In this document: positions 11,461-22,533 of the stretch, one piece after another | Layout of the letters: every line of letters begins with the position of its first letter | Position numbering within the stretch: position 1 is the stretch's first letter | From: Clostridiales bacterium | GTDB lineage: Bacteria > Bacillota > Clostridia > DUPQ01 | DNA length: 64,000 bases | Direction of reading: 5' to 3' | Assembly: GCA_023145435.1 (NCBI GenBank) | Contig: JAGLDS010000004.1 | Location: 40,546-104,545 of the forward strand | Program-made: the position numbers and the translations under genes | Notes under the pieces: model-generated | The model's database searches: none | Seen by the model: the letters and a program-made list of their open reading frames with translations, nothing else | Told to the model about the DNA's origin: nothing

Positions 11461-12448
11461 AGCTAACCCTCAATCGCTCTCTGATAATGTCGCTATCTAT
11501 ATCATTAGTTTTTCCAACTAAAATTATTCTAGCATTTTGTAATTCTGTTTCTTTTCCTAGCAAATATCCAATAACTGGTTCAATTCCAAATGCTTTTCGT
11601 TTATTTACTCGTAAAAATGCCATTAAAAAATCATCACATGTTTTTTCTAATGAAGTAATATTAAACGAATCATTAAATGATTTTTCAACAATATCACTAT
11701 ATATAGTCTTAGTTAGATATTCTGCAAAAACTACCATTTCATCTTGGAAAAATGTACCAAACTTTTTAAGTGGAATAGTTCCACCATCAAGTAATACTTT
11801 TGAAAGTAGTTCTAAATCTTCCATTTTACTTTTTATTCTAATATATGACTTAATGTTAGCTAAGTCTATTTGCATACTAAGTAATTTCATTATAAATGGC
11901 TGTTTACTTTCCCTACTCATAGTACTCATAACTGTATAACTTGCCTTATCCAAATAAACATCTATAATTTGAGGATTTTTGGTCTTATTATATCCTTCAA
12001 TGGATAATACCATAGCAGTTGCTAGTGGTTTTGGTAAATCTATAAAGTTTCTATCACGTAACATAACTTGCAAAGTCAATACATCATATATTCCATTAGC
12101 TAATAATAAGTGAGAACTATCTTTGCCTGACAATTCATCTTTTAGTAATACTTTTAAATTATGAGCATCATACCTAAGCATAAATAAATCAAAAATCGAC
12201 TTATCAGGAACAATCTCTCTAATATAGTCATATAAAGCTACAGATTCTAATTGCAATACTTTTTCATAGTCGCTTCCCTCTGGATAACCCGCTTCATAGA
12301 GTATTCGAAGACTATCATCAACAGTTGGTTGATCAATCATCCTCTCATATTTGCTTTTATCAAGCATATGGTTTTCTACAACACGTATACGACCTATGGC
12401 ATAAGCATATCTTAACTCACTACTACTAATTATCTTAGCTCCTCTCAA
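11453..12448 (-). CDS. ntpC: V-type ATPase subunit C (d)
   Basis: 331 aa. Position and size match the E. hirae ntp operon order. Confidence 0.75.
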   Translation of the reverse strand: MRGAKIISSSELRYAYAIGRIRVVENHMLDKSKYERMIDQPTVDDSLRILYEAGYPEGSDYEKVLQLESVALYDYIREIVPDKSIFDLFMLRYDAHNLKVLLKDELSGKDSSHLLLANGIYDVLTLQVMLRDRNFIDLPKPLATAMVLSIEGYNKTKNPQIIDVYLDKASYTVMSTMSRESKQPFIMKLLSMQIDLANIKSYIRIKSKMEDLELLSKVLLDGGTIPLKKFGTFFQDEMVVFAEYLTKTIYSDIVEKSFNDSFNITSLEKTCDDFLMAFLRVNKRKAFGIEPVIGYLLGKETELQNARIILVGKTNDIDSDIIRERLRVSYV

Positions 12449-13026
12449 AAAAGCAATTTAACTACTTCACCTTCAAGTTTTTCACGTTCAACACGTAAAA
12501 TTGCTTTATAGGTTAAGTTAGTTTGTATCTTGTCATTTCTAATCACTAAACCACCACATACATCAATGGTTTTTTCACATAACGAAACTTTCTTAGTTTT
12601 ATCAGTTGATAATTGCTTAACTAATTTAGATCCAATATCTTTTGTATCACTATCATTTAACATCAATTCATTATTACCAACAATTAAGCTACCTTTTGCA
12701 ACATTAGTTAAAAAATTAACTTTTTCATCAACTGATAATTCCATTAGATGCTCTAGTGTTTTATCAAATACTTCATTAATTAAATCAACTTTTGTTTGCA
12801 ACAAGTTTTTACGGCTTTCAAGCTTAGCTCCTGCTATAACTCGCTTATGCTCTTCTTGTGCTTTAACCTTTGCATGAGCTAATTCGCTTTCAAGTGTTCT
12901 TTTAAACCTTTTTTGTTGTTCTTTAAATTGTTTATCAATCTTTGTATTGACATACTTTAGCTCATTATCAGCCTGTTTATTCGCTTGTGAGATGATTTTT
13001 TCAATAATCAAATCAATTCCTGACAT
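12445..13026 (-). CDS. ntpE: V-type ATPase subunit E
   Basis: 193 aa coiled-coil stator protein, in operon context. Confidence 0.75.
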   Translation of the reverse strand: MSGIDLIIEKIISQANKQADNELKYVNTKIDKQFKEQQKRFKRTLESELAHAKVKAQEEHKRVIAGAKLESRKNLLQTKVDLINEVFDKTLEHLMELSVDEKVNFLTNVAKGSLIVGNNELMLNDSDTKDIGSKLVKQLSTDKTKKVSLCEKTIDVCGGLVIRNDKIQTNLTYKAILRVEREKLEGEVVKLLF

Positions 13027-13031
13027 GAAAT

Positions 13032-13502
13032 TTATACCTTTCCAATCATTAAGATAGAAACTAAGATAGCGAAAATAGCAAACAACTCAACCATTAGGGT
13101 TAAGATAATTCCTTTAACCATATCTTGGCTTCTCTTGGCAACAATCCCAATAGCTGCAGCTGCCACTCTACCTTGATATATTCCAGAAAACATTCCAACA
13201 AATCCCATAGGTAATCCAGCTGCTAACAAGAATAAACCTTGACTTAAGTCTAGCCCACCTATTTTTGAGAAAATCATAAATGCTATAACGAATCCATAAA
13301 TTCCCTGTGTGCTAGGTAATGCTTCTAAAATCATAACAGGTACAAATTTATCTGAATCTTCTGCAACTACTCCACTTCCCGCTTCACCGGCAATGGATAC
13401 ACCTTTAGCAGATCCAATACCTGCAAACAAGAATGCAACAGCTGCTCCTAGAAAGGCAAATAAATCACCTAAATTATTACTAACAATAAAATCTCCAAAC
13501 AT
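13032..13502 (-). CDS. ntpK: V-type ATPase proteolipid subunit K (c)
   Basis: 156 aa hydrophobic double-hairpin proteolipid. Confidence 0.85.
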   Translation of the reverse strand: MFGDFIVSNNLGDLFAFLGAAVAFLFAGIGSAKGVSIAGEAGSGVVAEDSDKFVPVMILEALPSTQGIYGFVIAFMIFSKIGGLDLSQGLFLLAAGLPMGFVGMFSGIYQGRVAAAAIGIVAKRSQDMVKGIILTLMVELFAIFAILVSILMIGKV

Positions 13503-13516
13503 TGACCAAAATCCTC

Positions 13517-15493
13517 CTAATTTTTAATTTTTACGTATTTAGTCTGTCTCTTAAATGGGGCAAAGGGTTTGCCTCCCCCCTCATAAAACTTATTAAAAAA
13601 CTCTATATATTGCAATCTAGATGAATGTACATAAGCACCTAGTGCATTAAGAGCAAAGTTAAAACTGTGTCCAAATGCAAATATTAATATAAATGCAATA
13701 GTACCAATTATTGTCCATCCACCCATGGAACCCATATCATTTATAATAGTTGCAATTACTGATGTAGCTAATCCCATGGCTAATAACCTAGAATATGATA
13801 ACACATCGCTCATAAATGTAACTAAATCATATAGACTTGATAATCCACCAACTATTTTACCTACAACTCCTTTTTTGCTTCTACCTTGAGTTAAGAGTAA
13901 AGCAGCTGCGCCAATTATTAACAATGTACCACCATAAGGTGAGAAAATTGTTGCTACATCAGCAGGAACTCCTGGTACCATTGGCATTACAATAAATGTT
14001 GCTCCTAAGAAAAATACATACCAAGTTACAACATCAAATAGTATGGCTAAATATTTTTTTTGTTTAACAAGGTTTGCACCTCTCATACCAAGACCTACAA
14101 AAACATGAATAACACCAAATAGAAGTGACCACATTAATAAATACTCTGGATCTTTAACAGGGTCAAACCAAATAGAAATATCTATTGTTCCATCGCCTAA
14201 AAAGATTAGTGGAATAAAATTACCAAACCAACTACCAAATAAAGCACCCCAGAAAATGGTTGCTACACCACTTAACATCATTAACTTAATAAATTTCTTT
14301 GTAGTTTCTTCTAACGGAATTCTATAATAAAGTATTCCACAAGCAATAGCCATAACTAGGCCATAACCTGCATCAGATAACATTAATCCAAAGAACATAA
14401 TAAAAAATGGTGCCATAACAGTATTTGGGTCTACTTCTCTACATTTAGGTGTGGCATACATAGCTGTAATACCTTCTGTTGAATCACCAATAAATCCATT
14501 ACTTAATAATACAGGAAACTGCTCTTCATCTAATGGATCTCGCAAGCTTATATCTACTGTCCATTTTTCATGTAATTCTTTAGATAAAATTTCAGCTTTA
14601 TCTAAAGGTATCCAACCTTCTAACATAAATACTCGCTTGCTTTTAATTATTTCTTCATCTGCTAATTCCATTTGCCTTCTAATGGAATAATAATCAAATA
14701 CAACTTCAATATTATATAGTGATGTAGCAAATTGTTTTAATATATTTTCTTCGTCATCAATTACAGTTTGTAACTCTTTATTATCTTTATGTAAGTTATT
14801 AATATTATCTTCAATCATATCATTATATTTTGAAAAATTAATAACAGAAAATCCATTCCTCTTTAAGAATTGTAAAATATTTTTTTCATCTTCTCTATAC
14901 ATAATAGCTGTTACATAGTATTGATCTGAATCTGTATTAATAGTATAAAGTTCACATAGTAACTCTTGTTCATTAATATCATTAACTAATTCAGATAAAT
15001 CAGCAATAGCTGGAAATGTACCATGATATATATTTGTTTTTGCTGTAGTATTTGTATCAATTGGAATTTTAAGTAATGCCCAAGGTTTTAAATTATCTAT
15101 ATTATTATGATTTCTATTAATTGCATTTTTTTTACTAATAATTTCATCTTGTAACGACATAATTTTACGACATTTTGCTAACACATCATGTCTCTTAAAT
15201 ATAACTTGTCGATAATCGTGAATAGATAATTCTGTACGTACTGAAAATAATGGTTTCTTTCGATTATCGTAAGGTGCTATTATTTTAATAGCTCGTTCAC
15301 AAGAAGTGATTTTCCCAACAATATCATTTATCTCAGTATCATTAACATCTTTATCAAATAGATAATCATAAGATTCTTCTATTGCTAAATCATTAATTTC
15401 CACTAAGCCGATTTCCATCAATCGTGAAAGTATTCTATTTTTGTCATCAGCTAATCCAAGCAGTGACATTTTCTTCATAGGTACTACTGCCAC
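13517..15493 (-). CDS. ntpI: V-type ATPase subunit I (a)
   Basis: 658 aa with a soluble N-terminal half and a polytopic C-terminal half. Confidence 0.85.
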   Translation of the reverse strand: MAVVPMKKMSLLGLADDKNRILSRLMEIGLVEINDLAIEESYDYLFDKDVNDTEINDIVGKITSCERAIKIIAPYDNRKKPLFSVRTELSIHDYRQVIFKRHDVLAKCRKIMSLQDEIISKKNAINRNHNNIDNLKPWALLKIPIDTNTTAKTNIYHGTFPAIADLSELVNDINEQELLCELYTINTDSDQYYVTAIMYREDEKNILQFLKRNGFSVINFSKYNDMIEDNINNLHKDNKELQTVIDDEENILKQFATSLYNIEVVFDYYSIRRQMELADEEIIKSKRVFMLEGWIPLDKAEILSKELHEKWTVDISLRDPLDEEQFPVLLSNGFIGDSTEGITAMYATPKCREVDPNTVMAPFFIMFFGLMLSDAGYGLVMAIACGILYYRIPLEETTKKFIKLMMLSGVATIFWGALFGSWFGNFIPLIFLGDGTIDISIWFDPVKDPEYLLMWSLLFGVIHVFVGLGMRGANLVKQKKYLAILFDVVTWYVFFLGATFIVMPMVPGVPADVATIFSPYGGTLLIIGAAALLLTQGRSKKGVVGKIVGGLSSLYDLVTFMSDVLSYSRLLAMGLATSVIATIINDMGSMGGWTIIGTIAFILIFAFGHSFNFALNALGAYVHSSRLQYIEFFNKFYEGGGKPFAPFKRQTKYVKIKN

Positions 15494-15807
15494 TTACTAA
15501 CTCCAATCTTTTTAATGACTAGTTTAATAGCTTTTTTCATTTTTTCTTGGGAATCTTCAAATAACTTGTCACAAATTTGTTTATTGCTATCTAAAATTGC
15601 CTTCGCTTCTTTATTTGCAATGGTTATTTTAGCTTGAATAATTTTATTTGATTGTTTTTCTAAATCTAGTTCAAATTGTTCTTTATTAATAGCTAGTTCT
15701 TTTATTGATTTTTCTTCTAATTTTTCGGCTTGTTTTGAAGCTTTATTTATTACAGCATCTGCTTGGTTTTCAGCCTTTTGTATTTTATTAAGTGTATTTT
15801 TATCCAT
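15484..15807 (-). CDS. ntpF: V-type ATPase subunit G/H (small coiled-coil stator subunit, NtpF-like)
   Basis: 107 aa, Lys/Glu-rich coiled coil, first gene of the operon. Confidence 0.65.
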   Translation of the reverse strand: MDKNTLNKIQKAENQADAVINKASKQAEKLEEKSIKELAINKEQFELDLEKQSNKIIQAKITIANKEAKAILDSNKQICDKLFEDSQEKMKKAIKLVIKKIGVSKWQ

Positions 15808-16022
15808 TTAATTACCACCATTTATCACGTATTAGCATACTCTAATATATTCTATTATAAATTACTCCCAATTTCAATAAAATTTTTTCTTGTTTGTCCT
15901 TTAATTAGCGATATTATTATGGTATAACTTTTCCCTTGTTTTGCAGTAACAACTTAATAACAAAATTACAAATCACCTGTGTTATCGTGGCCACTTTAAA
16001 AGTGAAATTATTTATCATATTT

Positions 16023-16694
16023 TTATGTGCTTATTTTCCTTAAAGTACATAATCTTTTATCATCAGTATAAATGATTGAAAACCCAACTAATTTAGCAAT
16101 AGTCTTCAATGTTTTTAATGTATAAAATGAAATATGAGTTTCATCTCGTCTATACCACCATTTTAAAAAGGACTGTTCATTGTTATTATGAAACAATGTC
16201 ATAACTGCTAAAATCCCATCTTCATTTAAAATTTCATAAAACATCTTAAAAATTTCTATTGGGTTTTTCAGATGTTCAATTACTTCAGTTGTAAAAATGA
16301 CATTATACTTTGTATTTTCATATATTTTATCTGGTTGATAATGCAAGTCATAGTGGTCAACATCAAACTTATAATCTCTTATAATTAACTGTGACAAGAC
16401 TGGTTCAGGTCCACTACCAAAATCCAATGCTTTCCCCTCTTTTTTAAAGGGTATTACTGAGTTTTCTAAAAAATTACGAAACATAGTAACATACCCTTCA
16501 CATTCAAGTGAATTATTATGCAAATCATATATTCTTCGTTCTTCATTAAATGATACTTGTTTTTTTTCATCCATAGTAATAAATTCACAATGACTACAGT
16601 GATAATAGACTATATCAAATTGTTTATCATAAATAGCTTGTGTTCTACTATTACATATTTTACATATCATATTTAATTGTTTGCTCTGTTTCAA
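16023..16694 (-). CDS. Class I SAM-dependent methyltransferase with N-terminal zinc ribbon
   Basis: CKIC...CSHC ribbon. Motif I LDFGSGPEP. Confidence 0.7.
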   Translation of the reverse strand: MKQSKQLNMICKICNSRTQAIYDKQFDIVYYHCSHCEFITMDEKKQVSFNEERRIYDLHNNSLECEGYVTMFRNFLENSVIPFKKEGKALDFGSGPEPVLSQLIIRDYKFDVDHYDLHYQPDKIYENTKYNVIFTTEVIEHLKNPIEIFKMFYEILNEDGILAVMTLFHNNNEQSFLKWWYRRDETHISFYTLKTLKTIAKLVGFSIIYTDDKRLCTLRKIST

Positions 16695-16979
16695 TTTTAT
16701 TTTCCACTCTTTCGTATATAAAAAGTAGTATCAATCATATCATAAGCAGCTACTTGATTGTTGATAATATTAGCTAAAACATTACTATAATTCCCTGTGA
16801 ATATGTTTTAGAATTTGCCAGAATTTTATCAAATTTGTAGTAATATTATCAACTAAGTATACTTTAAATGGATCTAAGAAGTTATTTGCAATTATGGTTT
16901 ATTTACAATATGTAGAAGTTTATAAGTATTTTTTTATTAATTATGCTAAACTATATGTAGATTACTTAAGGAATATATT

Positions 16980-17318
16980 ATGTTACAACCTATTAATTTT
17001 GTTTTTTTCTTTTTACCACTGGCTTTTATAACGGGCCTTTATTTGTTGATTGTAAATTTAAATAAAGTCAAACAACCATTTGGGTATCAAGTGGAAGAAC
17101 CATTAGATAATGAAACTTTCGTTTCGCTTAGAAGTATATATTACAAAAAAGTACTCTATGTGTCACTTCCCGTAACTGTTTTGATTCCTATTATCTCGAT
17201 TTTTATAAAATCTTTTCCTATCGGTGCTATGTTACTAACAGTTTGTATCCTTGGGATTACAATTACTAACTTCATATTTTATTTAGCTGGTTATAACAAA
17301 ATAAAAGGAATGCAATAG
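16980..17318 (+). CDS. Small membrane protein (3 TM), unknown
   Basis: 112 aa, hydrophobic. Confidence 0.4.
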   Translation: MLQPINFVFFFLPLAFITGLYLLIVNLNKVKQPFGYQVEEPLDNETFVSLRSIYYKKVLYVSLPVTVLIPIISIFIKSFPIGAMLLTVCILGITITNFIFYLAGYNKIKGMQ

Positions 17319-17354
17319 TACCATTATTACTTATTTTATATATAAAACTTTTTC

Positions 17355-17382
17355 TTGCAATTCATGTTTTGTTGTGTATAAT
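17355..17382 (+). promoter_or_regulatory. Sigma-A-type promoter of glnN (TTGCAA-16 nt-TATAAT)
   Basis: -35 TTGCAA at 17355-17360 and -10 TATAAT at 17377-17382. Confidence 0.5.
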
Positions 17383-17436
17383 ATTACTATAATTCAAATA
17401 AAAGCAATGGCGCTTGATTAATAATAAAAGGACAAT

Positions 17437-17466
17437 GGTGTTCACAATTTGTGGACACCTTTTTTA
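17437..17466 (+). terminator. Intrinsic terminator inside the glnN leader (candidate attenuator)
   Basis: GGTGTTCACA-att-TGTGGACACC stem (10 bp, one G.U pair) followed by T6. It sits ~25 nt upstream of the glnN ATG and downstream of the promoter. Confidence 0.6.
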
Positions 17467-17490
17467 TAAAATAATATAAAGGGGCGAAAA

Positions 17491-19584
17491 ATGAGTAAAT
17501 TAACAGATGTTTTTGGAGAAAATGTATTCAATGAAGCAACCATGAGAGAGAGACTTCCTAATGAAACCTATAAGGCATTAAAGGAATCTTTATTTAATGG
17601 TACTTGTTTAGATATTTCAATTGCTGAGATTGTTGCAGGAGCCATGAAAGATTGGGCCCTTGAAAAAGGTGCCACCCACTTTGCCCATTGGTTCCAACCA
17701 ATGACAGGTATTACAGCAGAAAAACATGATTCTTTCATATCTCCTACAGATGATGGAAAAGTTATTCTAGAATTTTCTGGAAAAGAATTAATAAAAGGCG
17801 AACCTGATGCTTCATCATTTCCAAATGGTGGATTAAGAGCTACATTTGAAGCTAGAGGTTACACTGCGTGGGATTGCACATCTCCAGCTTTTGTTAAAGA
17901 TGAAATTTTATGTATTCCTACTGCATTTTGTTCATATAATGGCGAAGCCTTAGATAAAAAGACACCTCTATTACGCTCAATGGAAGTTATTTCCCAACAG
18001 TCAATGAGAGTGCTAAAAACTTTTGGTAATACAAGCTCAAGTAAAGTTATTACTGCTGTTGGTCCTGAACAAGAGTATTTTTTAATAGATAAAAAGTTAC
18101 ATGATAAGCGATTAGATCTTATGTTAACTGGTAGAACCTTATTTGGTGCAATGCCTCCTAAGGGACAAGAATTAGATGATCATTATTTTGGATCACTAAA
18201 AGAACGCGTGTCTTCTTTTATGAAAGAATTAAATATTGAATTATGGAAATTAGGAATATCAGCTAAAACACAACATAACGAGGTAGCTCCTGCACAACAT
18301 GAATTAGCTCCAATTTATTCAACAACAAATATCGCAACAGATCATAACCAACTTATTATGGAAATGATGAAAAAAGTTGCATTACGTCATGACTTAGTAT
18401 GTTTATTACATGAAAAGCCTTTTAAAGGTGTAAATGGTTCTGGTAAACATAATAACTGGTCACTTGGAACTGATGATGGTATTAATTTACTAAATCCTGG
18501 AAAAACTCCTCATGAAAATGCTCAGTTTTTAATTTTCCTTGTTGCAACTATACAAGCTGTTGATGAATATTCAGAATTATTAAGATTAACAGCAGCAGTT
18601 CCTGGTAATGATCATCGTTTAGGTGCTAATGAAGCACCTCCTGCAATCATTTCTATATTCTTAGGTGAACAATTAACAAATATATTAACAGCTATAGAAA
18701 ATGACCAACCTTTAAAAAGCGGTAATAAAAAACCTATGACAATTGGTGTTACAGTGTTACCTCCATTACCTAAAGATTCAACTGACAGAAATAGAACATC
18801 ACCATTTGCATTTACTGGTAATAAATTTGAATTTAGAATGCCTCCATCCTCTGGTTCAATAGCAGGACCAAATTTTATTCTTAACACAGTTGTTGCTGAT
18901 ACTTTATCAAAAATAGCTGATAAATTAGAAAAAACTGATGATTTTGATAACGAAATACAATTAATAATAAAAGATATAATGAAAAATCACAAAAAAATTA
19001 TATTTGATGGTAATAATTACTCTGATGAATGGGTAGAAGAAGCAAATAAAAGAGGATTATCAAATATTAAGAACATGGTTGATTCAGTAAAAACATTTAT
19101 TGATGATAAAAATGTAAATGTGTTAGAAAAATTTGGTGTTCTATCACCAAAAGAAGTTCATGCTCGTTATGAGATTCTTTTAGAGTCATATTCAAAAACA
19201 ATTAATATTGAAGGTTTAACAGCACTAAGTATGGCTAAAACAGAAATTTTACCAGCAACTATTAAATTCGCTACTACACTAGCACAGTCAATTACAACTA
19301 TTAAGTCAACTGGTATGTCAGTTGATACTTATGCTCAAGAAACACTATTAACAAAAGTTTCTACTCTTAATGGACAATTATGTAAAGCAATTACTCTTTT
19401 AGAAGATAACATAGTAATTGCTCAAAATAGTGAAGATGACTATTTAAAACAAGCTGAATTAAATAGAGATGAAGTATTTACTGCAATGGATAAAGTAAGA
19501 AGTTATGCAGATCAATTAGAATCTCTTTGTGATTCTAAAGTATGGCCTTTCCCAACTTATACTGATTTACTATTTAGAGTGTAA
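17491..19584 (+). CDS. glnN: Glutamine synthetase type III
   Basis: 697 aa. N-terminus [23 protein letters not shown] and overall length are characteristic of GS III. RBS AAAGGGG upstream. Confidence 0.8.
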   Translation: MSKLTDVFGENVFNEATMRERLPNETYKALKESLFNGTCLDISIAEIVAGAMKDWALEKGATHFAHWFQPMTGITAEKHDSFISPTDDGKVILEFSGKELIKGEPDASSFPNGGLRATFEARGYTAWDCTSPAFVKDEILCIPTAFCSYNGEALDKKTPLLRSMEVISQQSMRVLKTFGNTSSSKVITAVGPEQEYFLIDKKLHDKRLDLMLTGRTLFGAMPPKGQELDDHYFGSLKERVSSFMKELNIELWKLGISAKTQHNEVAPAQHELAPIYSTTNIATDHNQLIMEMMKKVALRHDLVCLLHEKPFKGVNGSGKHNNWSLGTDDGINLLNPGKTPHENAQFLIFLVATIQAVDEYSELLRLTAAVPGNDHRLGANEAPPAIISIFLGEQLTNILTAIENDQPLKSGNKKPMTIGVTVLPPLPKDSTDRNRTSPFAFTGNKFEFRMPPSSGSIAGPNFILNTVVADTLSKIADKLEKTDDFDNEIQLIIKDIMKNHKKIIFDGNNYSDEWVEEANKRGLSNIKNMVDSVKTFIDDKNVNVLEKFGVLSPKEVHARYEILLESYSKTINIEGLTALSMAKTEILPATIKFATTLAQSITTIKSTGMSVDTYAQETLLTKVSTLNGQLCKAITLLEDNIVIAQNSEDDYLKQAELNRDEVFTAMDKVRSYADQLESLCDSKVWPFPTYTDLLFRV

Positions 19585-19610
19585 TAACGCATTTAAGAAT
19601 TTACTAATAA

Positions 19611-19647
19611 AACAACCTGGCTTTAATAAAGTCAGGTTGTTTCTTTT
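19611..19647 (+). terminator. Intrinsic terminator after glnN
   Basis: AACAACCTG-13 nt loop-CAGGTTGTT followed by TCTTTT. Confidence 0.65.
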
Positions 19648-19967
19648 ATATCAAATACTAATTTTTTCAGTATCTATATCACCTATACGAACTCCAATTC
19701 TTATTTTATGTGAGTATAATTCCATTTTAATATAATCTAATATTTCTAATAAATTATTTGTTGTTTTTGATATCATTTAAAACTTTTTTTACTCTTTTTT
19801 GAAAATCATTTCTATTTTCAATTTTTTTGATTCAACTAAATCACACACTATTGCATTTATACATATAATATTTTACATGGATGTATTTAACTTTAAATAT
19901 ATTTTCATTGCAGTGACAGTAGATAGATTTTAAGTTTGCTTTATTTTTAAAATAATTTATTTGTAGT

Positions 19968-20501
19968 TTAATTAGATAATCCCATCTTCAAAGCTTCCAT
20001 TTCAATTGGAATTAAATAATGTTTTTTCTCCGGTAGTACATCATAAAGTGCTTTTTCTATACTTTCAGGTCTTAATATTTTTGTTATTTGTAACAATTTA
20101 CCAATGATAAATATATTTGCAAAAGCTTTATTTCCTAGTTCAATTGCTTTTGTGGTGGCGTCAATACCATATACTTTTCTTTTTGTTTCGCTTATTTTCT
20201 CACTTGAAACCATTGAGGTATCACATAATATAAATCCATCATCACGAACAAAGGTTTCGAATTTATCAAATGATGGTAAATTCATACAAATAGCAATATC
20301 TGCAAAGTTTAATATGGGAGAACCAACTTCTTCATCTGAAATAATGACATGGCAATTAGCTGTTCCACCTCTCATTTCAGGACCATATGAGGGTAACCAA
20401 GATACATGTTTTCCTTCTAGCATTCCTGCATAAACCAATAATCTACCAGCTGATAGCACTCCTTGACCACCAAATCCGGCAATAATAATTTCATATTGCA
20501 T
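19968..20501 (-). CDS. 2-oxoacid:ferredoxin oxidoreductase gamma subunit
   Basis: MQYEIIIAGFGGQGV... glycine-rich motif. Start refined to M25 (RBS AAAGGTG), which gives a 2-nt gap to the beta subunit. Confidence 0.8.
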   Translation of the reverse strand: MQYEIIIAGFGGQGVLSAGRLLVYAGMLEGKHVSWLPSYGPEMRGGTANCHVIISDEEVGSPILNFADIAICMNLPSFDKFETFVRDDGFILCDTSMVSSEKISETKRKVYGIDATTKAIELGNKAFANIFIIGKLLQITKILRPESIEKALYDVLPEKKHYLIPIEMEALKMGLSN

Positions 20502-20503
20502 GA

Positions 20504-21250
20504 TTACACCTTTATATCCTTCCCCTTTAAGTTTCCAATTCCATAATAAGGTATCATGTGATCTTTTATCCACTCTTGTGATTCTAATGGTGTTAATCCC
20601 CAGTTAGTTGGACAAGTTGATAATACTTCTACTAAAGAAAATCCTAAACCAGCTTGTTGAACCATAAAAGCTTTTTTAATAGCTTTTTTAGCTTTTATAA
20701 TATGTTTAACATCGTGGGTACTTACTCTCTCTACAAAAGCTGTTCCTTCTTGTAGTGCTAACATTTCACTTATTCTAATAGGAAATCCATGATAATCTGT
20801 GTTTCGTCCTACAGGAGTTGTTTTAGTTATTTGTTCAGGTAGTGTTGTTGGGGCCATTTGCCCTGACGTCATACCATAAATTGCATTGTTAATAAATATT
20901 GTAGTTAATCTTTCTCCACGTGCTGCAACATGTATTATTTCAGCAGTACCAATTGCTGCTAAATCTCCATCCCCTTGATAGGTAAATACTACATTATTTG
21001 GTAGCACTCTTTTTACACCAGTAGCAACAGCAGGTGCTCGACCATGAGCTGCTTGTATAACGTCAAAATTAAAATATTCATAATTATTATATGAACAACC
21101 AACTGATGCAATGCCAATTACACTTTTTTGAATATTTAATTCATCTATTACTTCACCAATTATTCTATGAACTATTCCATGAGAACAGCCAGGACAGTAA
21201 TGCCATACTTTATCTTGTATACTTTTTGGATGTAATCGCTCTTTTGCCAT
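20504..21250 (-). CDS. 2-oxoacid:ferredoxin oxidoreductase beta subunit (TPP-binding)
   Basis: CPGCSHG and GDGD TPP motif. Confidence 0.85.
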   Translation of the reverse strand: MAKERLHPKSIQDKVWHYCPGCSHGIVHRIIGEVIDELNIQKSVIGIASVGCSYNNYEYFNFDVIQAAHGRAPAVATGVKRVLPNNVVFTYQGDGDLAAIGTAEIIHVAARGERLTTIFINNAIYGMTSGQMAPTTLPEQITKTTPVGRNTDYHGFPIRISEMLALQEGTAFVERVSTHDVKHIIKAKKAIKKAFMVQQAGLGFSLVEVLSTCPTNWGLTPLESQEWIKDHMIPYYGIGNLKGKDIKV

Positions 21251-22318
21251 TTACTTGTCCTCCTTTTTAAGTATTCTAATAATTTCATCAAGTAATTCTT
21301 GCTGTGCTGGTATATGACCACCCATTCGCCCATAGAAATAACAATTACTCTTTCCATTAACTGCTAATCTAACATCTTCAATCATTTGTCCTGCACTTAA
21401 TTCAACAGATAAAAATGCTTTTACTTTATCTGTATGTTTAGCAAGCGCTTCATAAGGATAAGGCCATAATGTGATAGGCCTAAATAGTCCTACATTTATA
21501 CCTATCTTTTTAGCTTTTTTAATTACATTTTTTATAATACGAGAAGTGGTTCCATATGATACCACAATAATATCTGCATTTTCACAGTTTATTTCTTCAT
21601 ATCTTATTTCATTTTTTTCTACTAAGCGGTATTTAGCTTGTAATCTAAGATTTGTTTTTTCTAATTCATCAGGATTAACATTAACACTTGTTATAAAGTT
21701 ACTATGTCCTCTATTACCCATACCATTAGTAGCCCATGGTTTATCATAAACTGTTATATCTTCTTTATCTTTAAATTGAACAGCTTCCATCATTTGTCCC
21801 ATTGAACCATCAGCCATAACCATACATAACATTCTATATTTATCAGCTAAATTAAAACTCTCTACTGTTAACTCATATAATTCTTGTACAGAATTAGGTG
21901 CTAAAACAATATTTCTATAATCTCCATGGCCTCCACCTTTTGTAACTTGAAAATAATCACATTGGCCAGGTAAAATACCTCCTAAACCAGGCCCACATCT
22001 AACTACATCAATTACTACCGCTGGTAATTCTGCACCTGCAATATATGAAAAGCCTTCTTGTTTCAATGATATACCCGGGCTAGATGATGAGGTCATTACT
22101 CTAGCACCAACTGCCGAAGCACCATATACCATATTAATAGCAGCAATTTCACTTTCTGCTTGTAAAAATGTTCCACCAAGTTCTGGTAATCTTTTTGCTA
22201 AGTAATGTGAAATTTCTGTTTGTGGAGTAATAGGATAACCAAAATAATGTAAACATCCAGCACGAATACATGCTTCTGCAATTACATCGTTACCTTTCAT
22301 TAATACTTTTTCACTCAT
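21251..22318 (-). CDS. 2-oxoacid:ferredoxin oxidoreductase alpha subunit
   Basis: 355 aa; pyruvate-flavodoxin/ferredoxin oxidoreductase domain sequence. Confidence 0.85.
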   Translation of the reverse strand: MSEKVLMKGNDVIAEACIRAGCLHYFGYPITPQTEISHYLAKRLPELGGTFLQAESEIAAINMVYGASAVGARVMTSSSSPGISLKQEGFSYIAGAELPAVVIDVVRCGPGLGGILPGQCDYFQVTKGGGHGDYRNIVLAPNSVQELYELTVESFNLADKYRMLCMVMADGSMGQMMEAVQFKDKEDITVYDKPWATNGMGNRGHSNFITSVNVNPDELEKTNLRLQAKYRLVEKNEIRYEEINCENADIIVVSYGTTSRIIKNVIKKAKKIGINVGLFRPITLWPYPYEALAKHTDKVKAFLSVELSAGQMIEDVRLAVNGKSNCYFYGRMGGHIPAQQELLDEIIRILKKEDK

Positions 22319-22530
22319 TACTTCACCTCCTTGATTTCAATAACTAAATCAGGGCAAGCTTCAACACACATACCACAAGCAATACACTTTTCAGGTTCTA
22401 CTATACCAGAAGCAAAGTAGCCTTTTTCATTTAATTTACTTTGATTATTTTCAATAATATGTACGGGACAAGCAACAACACAAAGACCACAGCCCTTGCA
22501 ACGTTCTTCCCTAAATACAGCACGTAACAT
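22318..22530 (-). CDS. 2-oxoacid:ferredoxin oxidoreductase delta subunit (2x[4Fe-4S] ferredoxin)
   Basis: 70 aa with two CxxCxxCxxxCP motifs. Confidence 0.85.
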   Translation of the reverse strand: MLRAVFREERCKGCGLCVVACPVHIIENNQSKLNEKGYFASGIVEPEKCIACGMCVEACPDLVIEIKEVK

Positions 22531-22533
22531 GAT

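Noticed and set aside
21172-21357. 61-aa ORF spanning the alpha/beta junction of the oxidoreductase operon, and a 61-aa ORF at 23447-23632 over the galE/galK junction
   Set aside because: Both overlap conserved coding sequence in another frame and have no independent signal.
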